This document shows positions 12,380 through 25,255 of a stretch of 64,000 bases of DNA, piece by piece. A program made the translations under genes and the position numbers. The DNA comes from Octopus sinensis. Taxonomy: Eukaryota. Numbering within the stretch: position 1 is the first letter of the stretch; every line of letters begins with the position of its first letter. Location of the stretch: assembly GCF_006345805.1 (NCBI RefSeq), contig NC_042997.1:165664001-165728000 (forward strand), in the 5' to 3' direction. The notes under the pieces are model-generated. The model did no database searches. It was not told the DNA's origin and worked only from the letters and a program-made list of their open reading frames with translations.

Positions 12380-12802
12380 CCCTGCAAACTGCAGGTTAGC
12401 CTGGGCAAAGTTCAGAGAGCTCTTACCTCTGCTGGTGACAAAGGGCCTCTCACTCAGAGTAAAAGGGAGACTATATGACGCATGTGTATGAACAGCCATG
12501 CTACATGGCAGTGAAACATGGGCTGTAACTGCTGAGGACATGCGTGAGCTCACAAGGAATGAAGCCAGTATGTTCCGATGGATGTGTAATGTCAGTGTAC
12601 ATACTCGACAGAGTGTAAGTACCTTGAGAGAAAAGTTGGACCTAAGAAGCATCAGCTGTGGTGTGCAAGAGAGACGATTGCGCTGGTATGGTAATGTGGT
12701 GAGAATGGATGAGGATATCTGTGTGAAAAAGTGCCACATCCTAGCGGTTGATGGAACCTGTGGAAGAGGTAGACCCAGGAAGACCTGGGATGAGGTGGTG
12801 GT
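12380..12802 (+). mobile_element. RTE LINE C-terminal fragment
   Basis: MLHGSETWAV..RRLRWYGNVVRM..GRGRPRKTWDEVV. Confidence 0.9.
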
Positions 12803-13190
12803 CCCTCTGTTGGGTCGACATTCGGCAGACTCTCTTTCTCCCATTCAATTTCTTTATTCAGCAACCTTTGATAGTGGCATCTCCAAACCACTCTCTATGC
12901 AGCCTTGTTTAGTGCAAGTGAAACATCATCCATGCGGACACATTTCTCTCCTGCGACATAATGATTCTCTCTCACACACTGTCTTGCAACATGAAATATA
13001 TCAAGTCTTTGGTCCTCACAGTGCAGAACATTGGCAAATTTTTCCTTATCTGCTTCTCCTCTGGCTAAATAAACCTTCTCCTAGCTTTCCTTCTGGCAGT
13101 CTGATAGAATTCCCTGCTACCACCGTTCTTCCAGTCCTTCCAAGCCTGTTTCTTTTCCCTAATAGCACTGTCGACAACATCGTTCTACCA
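12803..13190 (-). mobile_element. RTE LINE endonuclease-RT linker fragment
   Basis: KKQAWKDWKNGGSREFYQTAR..; WRCHYQRLLNKEIEWEKESLP, homologous to 20800-20985. Confidence 0.8.
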
Positions 13191-13256
13191 CATTTTTTAA
13201 TTCTTTAAAATGTTTCAACTTTGAAGTTGAGTTCATTCTGGGACACCACCGTGTAT

Positions 13257-13553
13257 ATAATATTTCATAAGCTTCAAGCTTATAAGCAATCATAATGTAT
13301 TGACTAAAGAAAATAGTTCAATACTGAAGCATATTAGCTCTCAACAGAAAAAAATGGGTTTTTCATATGCCTGGGACTCAAACACACCTCTGTGTTTTGA
13401 CAAGTGTGCTACCATTACACAAACGTTCACACTTGCCTTTTCCCATCAGAATTAAAAACTATAAGTTCATAGTGTTGTTTTTTATATGCCCCAGCATTAA
13501 GTTATTTTCCTTAGTCAAGATTGCTTATAAGCTTTAAGCTTATAAAATATTAT
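13257..13553. repeat. Fold-back element with about 55-bp imperfect inverted arms
   Basis: ataatatttcataagcttcaagcttataagcaatc..ttgactaaagaaaata versus the reverse complement of 13502-13553. Confidence 0.75.
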
Positions 13554-14565
13554 TATCATTATTTACAGAATTGTAAAACTTATCAAATCAGCACACTTTG
13601 TTTATTTATATATATATATAAGAAATAAGTAAGATGTGAAGATAAACAACAGGTGCAGGTGAGGCCCAGTTAGAATTTTCTTCGGGTTGAGTAGCAAATT
13701 CTGCTCAAAATGTCCTTGAATAAGGTTTGTTTAAGGATGTTGAACAAAACACCCATGTTTCCAGAGGTGAATTATTCAAACCCCTCAAAAATTCCTCTCG
13801 ACACATGGCTATGATGCTTCCCCACTACTTCTGTTCATGATCAGAGATGCACATATTGACCTAAAGCGATTTTAAAGTCATTTTCCAAAGGTGTGGTGCA
13901 GTGGAGAAACATGACACTAAACAATTTGTGTTTAATGTGGTTTACACTAAAAGATAACAAAATAGATATAGACATGATATTTAAAACTGTAAATGATTTA
14001 ATAAATGTATATAGATATATATTTAGCATGGTTCATTGTTGTTTCTGTCATCTCAATATCATTGAACATATAATGAAATAATTAAGTTAAAGAAAAATCC
14101 TTGCAGTTGGTTTAAGGTACAATGCTAAGAGAATTTGTGAGACCCTGGAAGATGAGGAACAAAGTGGTGAGAAATGATCTTCAGCTGTTGAGCCTCACAG
14201 AGATGACAAGGATTGAGACAAGTGACAATTTGCTGTGTTTGAGAAGATTCACCCAATGAAATAAAATCGAGGCCATAAAGGCATATCCTTTTTGTCTATG
14301 CCCACCCCATCTCACATACGATCTGTCTTCTGACAAAACTACCCCACAACCCTTCTTTCCAACACCCCTTCCCCCACCCATGCTCACCAACTGCTGCATT
14401 CATCCTCACCTCCCACTCTCTCCCACATACCTAAGTGGACACAATATGCCCCTGTTGAATCTCTTCCCTATAACATTTCCTCCCAATACCATTCCCTCTA
14501 CTTGCACCCACTCATTACATCCCACCTTCTATCACAACTTCCTTTCACAATTCCATGAACTCACC

Positions 14566-15145
14566 CACTCACCTACCATCTCTAATCTCTGACCCACTCA
14601 CCTCTAATCTCTAACCCACTCAGCTTCTCTAATCTCTGGCCCACACACCTTCTCTAATCTCTGGTCCACTCAGCTTCTCTAATCTCTGGTCCACTCACCT
14701 TCTCTAATCTCCGGCCCACTCTCCTTCTCTAATTTCTGGTCCACTCACCTTCTCAAATCTCTAGTCCACTCAGCTTCTCTAATCTCTGGTCCACTCACCT
14801 TCACTAAGCTCTGGTCCACTCACTTTCTCTAATCTCTAGTCCACTCACCTTCTCTAATCTCTAACCCAATCTCCTTCTCTGATTTCTGGCCCACTCACCT
14901 TCTCTAATCTCTGGCCCACACACCTTCTCTAATCTCTGGTCCACTCACCTCTAATCTCTAGTCCACTAGCCTTCTCTAATCTCTGGCCCACTCACCTTCT
15001 CTAATCTCTGGTCCACTCACCTTCACTAATCTCTGGCCCACTCACCTTCTCTAATCTCTGGCCTACTCACCTTCTCTAATCTCTGACCTACTCACCTTCT
15101 CTAATCTTTACCACCCCTCACCTTCTTTAATCTCTGGCCCACTCA
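14566..15145. repeat. 25-bp minisatellite, about 23 copies
   Basis: Unit ccactcaccttctctaatctctgg(t/c); period 25 at 14641, 14666 and 14691. Confidence 0.95.
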
Positions 15146-15289
15146 CTGTCACCATCATCTTCTCACTCATTCTCCTCTCTTTCTCCACTGTTCCTCTACT
15201 TTCTCCCCACCTGAAGCAGCCATGTTTCATCACCAATGCGAGACTCTTTTTTCTGTCCTTCAATACTACTTTCCATTTCAGTTGAGTTA

Positions 15290-15655
15290 TCATCTCTTGC
15301 AAGTTACTTGATAACCCCGCCGCTGGCAGTACCACGTAATATGCCCCTAGCGTACTCAATAAAGTGGTTGGCATTTGGAATGGTATCCAGCCATAGAAAC
15401 AATGTTATTGGGGACATAACCACACCAGCATCAGTTGTCAGACGATGGTGAGAGGTCACACACAGCCACACATACACAAATATATAGATATATATATCTG
15501 ATGGGCTTCTTTCAGTTTCTGTCTACCAAATCCACTCACAAGGCTTTGGTCATCCCGAGGGTATAGTAGAAGACACTTGCCCAAGATACCATGCAGTGGG
15601 ACTGAACTCGGAACCATGAGGTTGGGAAGCAAGCTTCTTACCACAACCACACATG
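15290..15655. repeat. Decayed SINE fragments
   Basis: cacaccagcatcagttgtca and a reversed SINE head (ccactcacaaggctttggtc..cttaccac). Confidence 0.7.
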
Positions 15656-15758
15656 CACCTATAAAAATTTTGTGGCAGCCTCCATATGCCAAAACCCCAA
15701 ATTGAACTGGGGACCTTTAACTCTTCAGTTTAACATTCTCCCAACTGAGCTATTTTGG

Positions 15759-15796
<38 letters not shown>

Positions 15797-15924
15797 CTAC
15801 TGAAGAGGTCACAAGAAGCAACAAAAGTTTTAGAAACAAAAGAATAATTAATTAGTGTAAACTGAACCAGTGAGGAGTGTGTTAATTGATAAGACATTAA
15901 AACAGAATGACCTTCCCCAGACAC

Positions 15925-15984
<60 letters not shown>

Positions 15985-16527
15985 GTGTATTTGCATATAT
16001 ATGTGTATCATATATATACATCATATATATGATAAACATCTATATATCTATATAGGTAAAAAATGTGTATGTGTGGAAAAATATATATGTATATGAGTAA
16101 GCACAAACCTCTGCTAAGGGATTAACAAGGGAAGAAATGATTGTTAGCTCTGCCCCAGAATTTCAATCCAATCCCGTGTATTTCACCATACTTCCTGATC
16201 ACGTTTTTCAGCACAGACATGTGACTTGCTTTCACCTTTCTTCCTTAGGATTTAACATTGACCATTAACTTGATTTATTCAAGCCCATGACGCGACTGTG
16301 ATCTTGATTTTCATTGTTTAGTTTTCCTTTATTAGCATGACAATATAGTTAAGCGCTTTAATTAGTTTAGCCCTGAAATGTGAACTTGCAAATACACATA
16401 TATACATATATATATATGTATATGTATATATGTATATATATGTATATATATGTATATATGTATATATATATATATTATATATATGTGTGTAATATATATA
16501 ATATATATTATATATATATATATATAT

Positions 16528-16583
<56 letters not shown>

Positions 16584-16617
16584 GTATATGTATATATATT
16601 TATGTGTGGTGTGTGGC

Positions 16618-16650
<33 letters not shown>

Positions 16651-17311
16651 TATACACACACACACATACATATATACATAAGTCTAATGAAACTATTAAT
16701 TCATGTGTGAATATGTAGCTACACAGGCATATGCTTGTAGGCGTATATATGTGTATAAGATCACGTTTTAAAATTGGACCACTTGAAGCACAAAGTTTTC
16801 TAAAAGAATAAATTAGCAAAATCAAGGTCACATAGTATTGTAGTTCTGGGTTAACCAGAATTGATGGTCAATTAAAAAAAAAAAAAAAGCGTTTTACACC
16901 AAATATGAAACAAGGTGAGAAGAAGTCATGTGTGTAAGTTGAAAACGTGATCAGCAACAAGGCTGAAGTTAGGTGTGCAATAAATCAGAAGGATTTTGTA
17001 TTCACGTGAACAGATGGGAAGTGTAAGTTTATAATGAAAAACAATCCCTGATATGTGAGAAGTTAAGGTTCAGCTTACCATTCTCATGCCCTGGAGAATA
17101 GAGATTCATATTTATTCATTCATATATGCCCACCCACATATACACAAACTTTTAGGCCCACGCACAAAGATATACACGTTTATAAAAATAAAAGTATATA
17201 TTCATACACGTATTCATGTTTGTTTCTAAGCACACACATATTAAAATATTTACATATACATTATAATACATACTCACACAAAGGCACTAGCACAGTCTAG
17301 CACATCTAATA

Positions 17312-17342
<31 letters not shown>

Positions 17343-17631
17343 TATATGCTCTCAAGTACATTTATAAACTAGAGTGCAAGCTTCTATACAGTTGGTTAGG
17401 AGTAGTTTATAAATATGCCCCCAAATCACACCCTAATATAAGAGAAGGAAGTGCTGGGAAATTTAACCCCACACATAAAACACCTTGGAAAATTATGAGA
17501 TGATTACAGTAGGAAGACCTTTGATCATAAGTCTACTCAGTCAGTGATAATGTGGGGGTTAAACAATAATACATTTACATACATAAACCTACTTAAACCT
17601 TTACACGTACTCAAGCACATACTGTAGCAAT

Positions 17632-18040
17632 GTGGGCAGCGAGCTGGCAGAAATGTTAGAACGCCAGGTGAAATGCTTAACGGTATTTCGTCTGTTTTTA
17701 CGTTCGGAGTTCAAATTCCGCCAAGGTCAACTATGCCTTTCATCCTTTCAGGGTCAATGAATTAAGTACCAGTTGTTCACTGGGGTCGATGTAATCGACT
17801 TAATCTGTGTGTCTGTCCTTGTTTGTCCCCTCTGTGTTAAGCCCTTTGTGGGTAGTAAAGAAATAGGTATTTTGTCTGTTTTTACATTCTGAGTTCAAAT
17901 TCCGCCGAGGTTGACTTTGCCTTTCATCCTTTTGGGGTCGATAAATAAAGTACCAGTTACGCTCAGTAATCGACTTAATCCCTTTGTCTGTACTTGTCTG
18001 TCCCCTCTATGTTTAGCCCCTTGTTGGCAATAAAGAAATA
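17632..18040 (+). mobile_element. SINE with Nin/Deu-like central domain, partly tandem (paralogue at 29672-30075)
   Basis: gagctggcagaa head; the core tttgcctttcatcct..ggggtcgataaat..aagtaccag occurs twice. Confidence 0.75.
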
Positions 18041-18211
18041 ACATATGGTAGCAATTAATCATACATTTACAGAACTACACACACTCTAATACAACTGCTC
18101 ACACACTAATACAGTGTTTCATACATTAATATGTCACTCACACACTAATATACTCATTTAACCATTCACATGTTAAAACAGCTGAGACAACAACTGACAC
18201 AGTAATATATC

Positions 18212-18423
18212 TATTTCTTTATTACTCACAAGGGGCTAAACATAGAGGGGACAAACAAGGACAGACATAGGTATTAAGTCAATTACATCGACCCCAGTGC
18301 GTAACTGGTACTTAATTTATCGACCCCGAAAGGATGAAAGGCAAAGTCGACCTCGGCGGAATTTGAACTCACAACGTAGCGACAGACAAAATACGGCTAC
18401 GCATTTCGCCCGGCGTGCTAACC
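18212..18423 (-). mobile_element. Young 5'-truncated Nin-like SINE, absent from the paralogous block
   Basis: CpG-rich copy. The paralogous site near 30248 reads aatatatc|cactcacc with no insert. Confidence 0.85.
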
Positions 18424-19560
18424 CACTCACCAGTACAACCACTCATGCACTGAGTCAAGTACACACTCAAAAACACAACTCTCATATTAACACTACCATA
18501 TACAGAGAGATACACATACACACGCATTAACACAATCATTCACACATTGAGACAACTACTTACACACTAACTTGAACCAACTACAACCATAACACTTACA
18601 CAAAAGAATAAATGAATAATTTTATAAATAAATTTCATTTAATCTATTTATGCCTCCCCTGCTCACCACCTTTTATTCTTTTAGTAATAAAACTCAGATC
18701 ATATATTTTTATTGGGTTCTCAGTTAACAATGTTTGTTTAGCTTCTTTCATTAATGATGTCTTATCCCTATAACAAATAAAATCTGCTTTCATTCCTCAA
18801 AGCCAAATAGCAGTGAAAGTAATGCTTAATAGAAATTAGTTGATATTATTGCAAAGAATTTGAAGAGTAGTGACTTGGCAGAATTAGTAGAGCATTGGAC
18901 AAAATGTCATGTAGTGCTTACATTCCTTTAAATTTAGATTCCAAATCCCACTGCAGCCCACTTTGCCTTCATTCTTAAGTATTATTGTCTTTGTGTTAGA
19001 CAATACCCTTATACCCACTAAATGTGTCATGTAATAAATTACTGTTGATAGGAATTTGTTACAAAGATATCTAGTTATGAAGCTCATTTTGCAACTGTAC
19101 AGTTCTGGGTTGGATCCATGTGAAATTTGACATATAGAAATTGTCTAGAAATTCATTGGAGGGACCATATCTGTTCTTGGATTATAGACTTAATCCATTT
19201 TCCAGTTTAATATACTTGTTGCAGATATTTGTGCCAGGATTGCAGTCTGAGGTTAATTGCTTCTTTTTCTTCCACCTGCGTTGGAGAGCCTCAAAAAAAA
19301 AAAAAAAAAGAGATGAGTGCTGCCCTTCTTTGACTAATCCATTAAAAATAAAGCCCCAATCATCAACATCAAATAATTTTATATTGATAATGCTAGTTTC
19401 TTTTTATAATTTTATCTAACATAGCTCTGGTTCTAAGGTGTAATGGTGAGCACATATCTTTGTACATAGCATAGCATGGGAAGCAGAATGGATGATTGCC
19501 TTCATATATATACTTATACACATACTATATATATATATATATATCATCATCATCATCATC

Positions 19561-20985
19561 TTTCCTTGCAAGCTTATGTATATTCCCAGCATTCATGGCC
19601 CATGTTTCACTGCCATGTAGCATAGCTGTTCGCACACATGCATCATATAGTCTACCTTTTAATCTGAGTGAGAGGTCCTTTGTCACCAACAGAGAACAGA
19701 GGTAGAAGCTCTCTGAACTTTGCCCAGGCTACTCTTATTCTAGCAGCTACACTCTCAGAGCAACCACCCATGCTACTGACTTGGTCACCTAGGTAACAGA
19801 AGCTATCAACTACTTCTAGTTTTTTCCCCCGGCATGTGATGAAATCTGTTTTCTGTACATCTTTGGTGTCTATTGCTCCTGTGCATCTGCCACACACAAA
19901 AACTATCTTCCCAGTTAGCTTTCCACTGATATTGCTGCACCTCTTATGTGTCCTTAGCTTACACCAAGTACATTTTATGGAGTTTCTATCTATGCCATTT
20001 CTACAGATCGAGCAGGGCCATCTACCTGAAGGGATCTGTCATTTGTCTGCCTTCCTACTTATTGAGACTTTGGTTTTTGCTAGACTGACTCTAAGGCCCT
20101 TCGATTCTAGACCTTGCTTCCACAGCTGAAGCTTCTCCTCTAGTTCTGATAGTGACTTACCTATTAGAAAAAAACCATCAGCATAGAGATGCTCCCAGGG
20201 ACATCCTGTCTTGAATTCCTCTGCTATTGCCTGGAGGACTATGATAAATAAGAGGGGGCTGAGGACTGATCTTTGGTGGGCCCCTACTCCTACATGGAAT
20301 TCTTCACTGTTCTCATTGCCAACCCTCACCTTACTGACAGCATCCCTGTACATGGCTTGTACAGCTCTCACTAACCACTCATCTATCCCTTAGGTATTTC
20401 TCCTGCAGCTGTCTTACCAGAAATATAGCATCAGTGGTGCTTTTCCCTGGTATGAACCCAAACTGCATCTCGTCTAGACTGAATTCCCTAATTAGTAGGG
20501 TTATGACCCTCTCCGTGACTTTCATTACCTGATCCAGCAACTTGATACCTCTGTAATTCTTCATATCTAATTCATCACCTTTATCTTTGTAGCAGCTGAC
20601 TATGGTGCTGCTACACTAGCCATTGGGCATGACTCCTTCATATATCACCTGATTGACTATACCAGTGACTAGACTATAGCTGACACTCCCAGATATTTTA
20701 AGCATCTCTGTGATACCTGATGGGCTGGAGGCTTTCCCTGTCTTCATACTCTTAATTGCTTTATCTACCAAGGTACTGTAAATTCAGATAGCTGGTCCCA
20801 TTTGGCAGACTCTCTTTCTCCCATTTATTCTCTTCATTTAGCAACCTTTCATAGTGGTGTCTCCAAGTCTCTCTCCTTGCAGCCTCATTAAATGCAAGTG
20901 AGCCAGCATCCATGCAGATACATTTCTCTCCTATGACATCACAATTCACTCTCACACACTGTCTTGCAACATGAAACACTTAAAG
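19561..20985 (-). mobile_element. RTE LINE RT fragment, copy 1
   Basis: NYRGIKLLDQVMK, FGFIPGKSTTDAIF, VGAHQRSVLSPLLF, LYADG, VDSFCYLGD. Confidence 0.92.
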
Positions 20986-21477
20986 TTTTTGGTCCTCACG
21001 ATGCAGAACATGCAGGGTCGATAAATTAAATAGCAGTTGTGTACTAGGGTCGATTTAATCAACTGGCCCACTCCCCACAAAAAATTCAGCCTAGAAAGGT
21101 ATATTGTGACAGTTACAGAATATAGAAAGTAATGTAACACCAATGACTATATAATCCAACCAAAATATCTCAGTTACACAAACGTAAATGGAATTAATAT
21201 TCAACCTTAAAATACATTGTACATATTCAAAGAACCTTCTTCGTTTAGTGGTACGGAACGTTTTTCTGGTATTCTTTTACACCATGTTAGTCCATAGTTC
21301 TAGTTTAACTTTGTTTTATAGCATTGGTAAATATTTATCTAAAATTACTTTACTAAGCTTACCTATGTCATATTTATTAGAACATATTAGGATTTATTAA
21401 GACATATTATGACATATTATCATGGGTACCGAATAGTTGTCACATATTACATTTACAGATATATATATATACATATA

Positions 21478-21725
21478 TCATCATCATCATCATCATCATC
21501 ATCGTTTAACGTCCGTTTTCCGCGCTAGCACGGGTTGGACGGTTTCGACCGGGGTCTGGAGAGCTCGGGACTGCCCCAGGCTCCAGTCTAGTCTGGCAGT
21601 GTTTCTACAGCTGGATGCCCTTCCTAACGCCAACCACTCCGCGAGTGTAGTGGGTGTTTTTTACGTGCCACCTGCACAGGTGCCAGAGGGGTCTGGCATC
21701 GGCCACGTTCGGATGGTGCTTTTTT
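21478..21725 (-). repeat. RTE 3'UTR-derived short element with (CAT)n tail
   Basis: Same family as 8515-8800. Confidence 0.85.
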
Positions 21726-21743
21726 TATGGGGGGGGGGGGTGC

Positions 21744-22013
21744 AGAAATATAGGGGAGCACCAGTGGGAGGGGTGGTTCAGAGGACAGGTAATAGGCAAG
21801 TAGAACGTAGGATATCGAGAGAGGGGTAATGCATGGTGAAATAGCGTATTGAAGAGGGGGGTTTCAAAGAGTAGACACCTATAATGTGGTGGGGGGGTTC
21901 AGAAATATAGGGGAGCACCAGTGGGAGGGGTGGTTCAGAGGACAGGTTCTAGGCAAGTAGAACATAGGATATCGAGAGAGGGGTAATGCATGGTGAAATA
22001 GCTTATTGAAGAG
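21744..22013 (+). repeat. 157-bp-period tandem duplication
   Basis: agaaatataggggagcacc..gtgaaatagc.tattgaagag at 21744 and 21901. Confidence 0.9.
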
Positions 22014-22044
<31 letters not shown>

Positions 22045-22096
22045 TATAGACCATACCATATATATATATATATATATATAGTATATATATATATAT

Positions 22097-22760
22097 TAGA
22101 AGAAATGAAGTACTCAGAAATCAGATGGTTTATATTTACAGATATTTATTTGTATATTACATTTTTTACACATCATATAACTTAGATCATGTATTAGCCC
22201 TTCCTCCCATTCTAGTGGGGTTTTCAAATCAAACTAAGTTCCTGTGTGAAAAGTTTTGACCATTTTATAGTGGTATTGAGTTTGTAGTGGTGGGTAGGAA
22301 TATAAGACAGTACAAGAGGGTGATGGATGAGGAGAAAGTGAGAGAGAGAGAGCATGTGTGTGTGTGTGTGTGTGCTTTTGTATTTGGAATGAGTACTAAA
22401 GAAAAAGAGGGGAAGGGAGAGAGAAAAAGAAGAAAAGAATTTTATTTGCTCTGCTGGACAGCATGCTTACTCCAAGGGGGTCTAAGATCTTGGGGGAAAA
22501 GAATTTCAGTTTTGACCATTTCATAGTGTTATTGAGTGTGTGGTGCAGGGAGGTAGACCATAAATTATATTTTTTTTTATCATTGTGAGAGAGAGAGTGT
22601 GTGTGTGTTGGTGTGTGTTGGTGTGTGTGTTGTGTTGTGTGTGTGTGTGTGTGTGGGTGTGCGTGTGTGTGGGTGTCTGTGTGAGTTTGGAGAAGGAAGA
22701 AATGAGAAGAGGAAAAAAAAGAGGAAGGAGAATAATTGTGTTGATATTTGTACCACTATA
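22097..22760 (+). repeat. Duplication block D (inverted copy at about 34549-35285)
   Basis: Reverse-complement match, e.g. gtgttgatatttgtaccacta versus tagtggtataaatatcaacac. Confidence 0.9.
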
Positions 22761-22844
22761 TATATATATTATATATATATATATATAATTTTAATCCAAA
22801 AGGAAACAAAAACAACAACAACAGGAACAATTACAGTATTATTA

Positions 22845-23070
22845 TTATAGGCGCTCAGGAGATGGAAGCAGGGAGGGTATGACTTTCGAGCGGAGCTCTT
22901 CGTCGAAACATAAAGAAGGAAGAGAGGGAAAGAAAGATCCCAGAGCGGGCAACAGGGAAAGAGAAAAAAGACGACTGGTGTTTACGAGTTGCACATGTGA
23001 AGGCGGATGTTGACGATAACAAGAGCAAAGTGGGTTTTTAAGGCAAAAGAGTGGAGACAAGGTTGGTAAC
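22845..23070 (-). mobile_element. Probable PLE pseudo-LTR fragment with decayed hammerhead
   Basis: Minus strand 22878-22912 reads UCGACGA-A-GAGC[UCC]GCUC-GAAA-GUC; the core is damaged. Confidence 0.45.
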
Positions 23071-23074
23071 CCAA

Positions 23075-25255
23075 CAGATGTGTGTGTATGTGTGAGTGTG
23101 TGCATGTGCGTGTGTGTATGTGTGTGTGTGAGGCGAGATGAAAAACAAAAAATATAGGGTGTGTGTTAGTGTGGCGTCTGTGTGTAGGCGTGTGAGGTAG
23201 GGCGAGACTAGTGGTCGCTAGCAGACAAGAAAAAGAAGGAAGGAGGAAGGGAGGTCGTAGTAAGAAAAGAAGGAAGGAGGAAGGGAGGGAGGGGAAGGGG
23301 TGGGGGCGTATGTAGCGTGCCAGCGTGTGTTGAGTAGTAGTGTGTGTGTGTGTCCAGTTCGTGGTGGTATTAATGAGTAGATTGAATGTGTGTAAGAGTG
23401 ATGTATATATATAGGCAAGGTGTGTATATGTGTGCGCGTGTGTGTAACGAAAAAAGGGGGGGGTTAAGGAAAAGGACTCCAGCTGAGGGGAAGATGGAAG
23501 AGTGGTACCGCGGAGACAGGCGTGGGAAAACCCAACGACACGCGACGGTCCCAGGAACGGGCGGGAGGTCTCGTCAGGTCCAAGGCGAGGTGTATGCGAC
23601 GCGTATGCAACGCGAGCCGGCGTAAGTGCGTATGTGCGCGTGCCTGCGAGTATGCGCGTGCGTATGTATGTGTGTGGATGTGTGAGTGTGTCTTGTGTGT
23701 ATGTCTGGGTGGCAGTGTGTGCGATGAATGTATGTGAGTATGTGTGTATGTATGTGTGTGCATAGATGTATGTCCGTGTGTGTGTGTGTATGTGTGTGAG
23801 TGTGTATGTATGTACGTGTGGTTGTGGGGAAGTGTGTGTATGTGCATGTGTGTGCGCGTACATACAGGTGTGTGAGTAAGTGTGTGTGTGTTTATGTATG
23901 TGTGAGTGTGTATGTATGTGTGTGTCGGATGCATGTATGTGTATGGGTGTATGTATGCGTGTGTGTATGTATGTATGTGTACGTGCGTGTGTGTGTGTGT
24001 ATGCGTGTAGGTGTGCGCGTGTGCATGCATGCATGCATGTGCGTATGTGTGTGGTGTGTGCATGTGTGTGGGTATATATATGTGCGTATATGTGTGTGTA
24101 TGTGCGTACATGTGTTTGTGTGTATGCATGTGTGTGTATGTAGGTGTAGGCGTGGTGTGTATAGGGTATGTATGTAAGTATGTGTGGGTGTGTCCGTGTA
24201 TGTTTGTGTATGTATGTGTGTGTATGTAGGTGTGTGGGCGTGTGTGTATGTGTGTGTATGTACGTGTGTGGCGTGTGTATATAGGTGTATGTCTGGGTGT
24301 GTCCGTGCATGTTTGTGTGTGTGTGTGTATGCATGTGTATGTGGGTGTGTGTGTACGTGTGTAATGTAATGTTGTGTGCGGTGTATGCGTGCGTGTGTGT
24401 ATGTAGGTGCGTGTGTATGTGTGTGGGAGTGTAGGTGTGTGTGTGCTGTGCGTGTTTATGTTGGTGTGTACGTATTGAGTGTATGGGTGTTTGTCATGCA
24501 TTGTGTGGCGTGCAGGTGAGTGTGTGTGTAAGTATTGTGTGTGTATGTTTGTGTGAGTGTGTAAGTGTGTATGTCTTTTGTGTTGTATGTGCGTATAAGA
24601 TGTGGGTATGTGTGTATGTATGTATATGGGTGTATGTAGTATGTGTGTGTGTGTGTGCATGTGTATAAGTATATGTGTGTGTGCGTATGTGTGTATATGT
24701 TATGTGTGTGTGTTTATGTATGTGTGTATGTATGTGTGTAGGCGTGTGTGTGTAGATGTAGTATGTATGGGTGTGTGTCCGTGTGTGTTGTGTGTGTGTG
24801 TAGGTAGATGTGTGTGTCTGAATGAGGGTATGGCTGTGTAGGTGTGTGTGTGTATGAATGTAAGTGTGTGTGTATACAAGTGTAATGTATGTATGTAGTT
24901 TTGTGTGTTGTGTATGTGTACGTGTGCGTGTGTATGTGTGTGTGTGTATGCGTGTGAGTGTGAGTGTATGGGGGTGTATGTCTGTGTGTGTGTATGTCTG
25001 AAGTAGGTATGTATGTGTATGTATGTATGTGTTGTGTGTGCAGGTATGTGTGTGTATGTGTGTGTGTGAGTAGGTGTGCGTGTATGTATGTGGGTAGGGA
25101 TGCATGCGAGTGTGTGGGTATGTATGCATACATACGTACGCGCACATCCGAAGCAAGCCCACACGCACAAAGCGCGCTCACGCACACAACGCACAAGCAG
25201 TACAACGCAAGCCCAAGGGCCCGACCAAGCCCCCAGCGCGCGCCAAGGCGCGCGA

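Larger units (their letters stand above)
16256..20685 (+). repeat. Segmental duplication block B, copy 1 (copy 2 at 28216-33389)
   Basis: Colinear, highly similar sequence including non-TE spacers, with a few indels. Confidence 0.95.

Noticed and set aside
12498-13208. 236-aa ORF as a gene
   Set aside because: The first part is an RTE C-terminus and the rest is antisense read-through of another RTE piece.
23520-23590. Hammerhead on the minus strand (CUGACGA at 23571-23577)
   Set aside because: There is no GAAA half-core or closing stem II downstream, and the region may be low quality.
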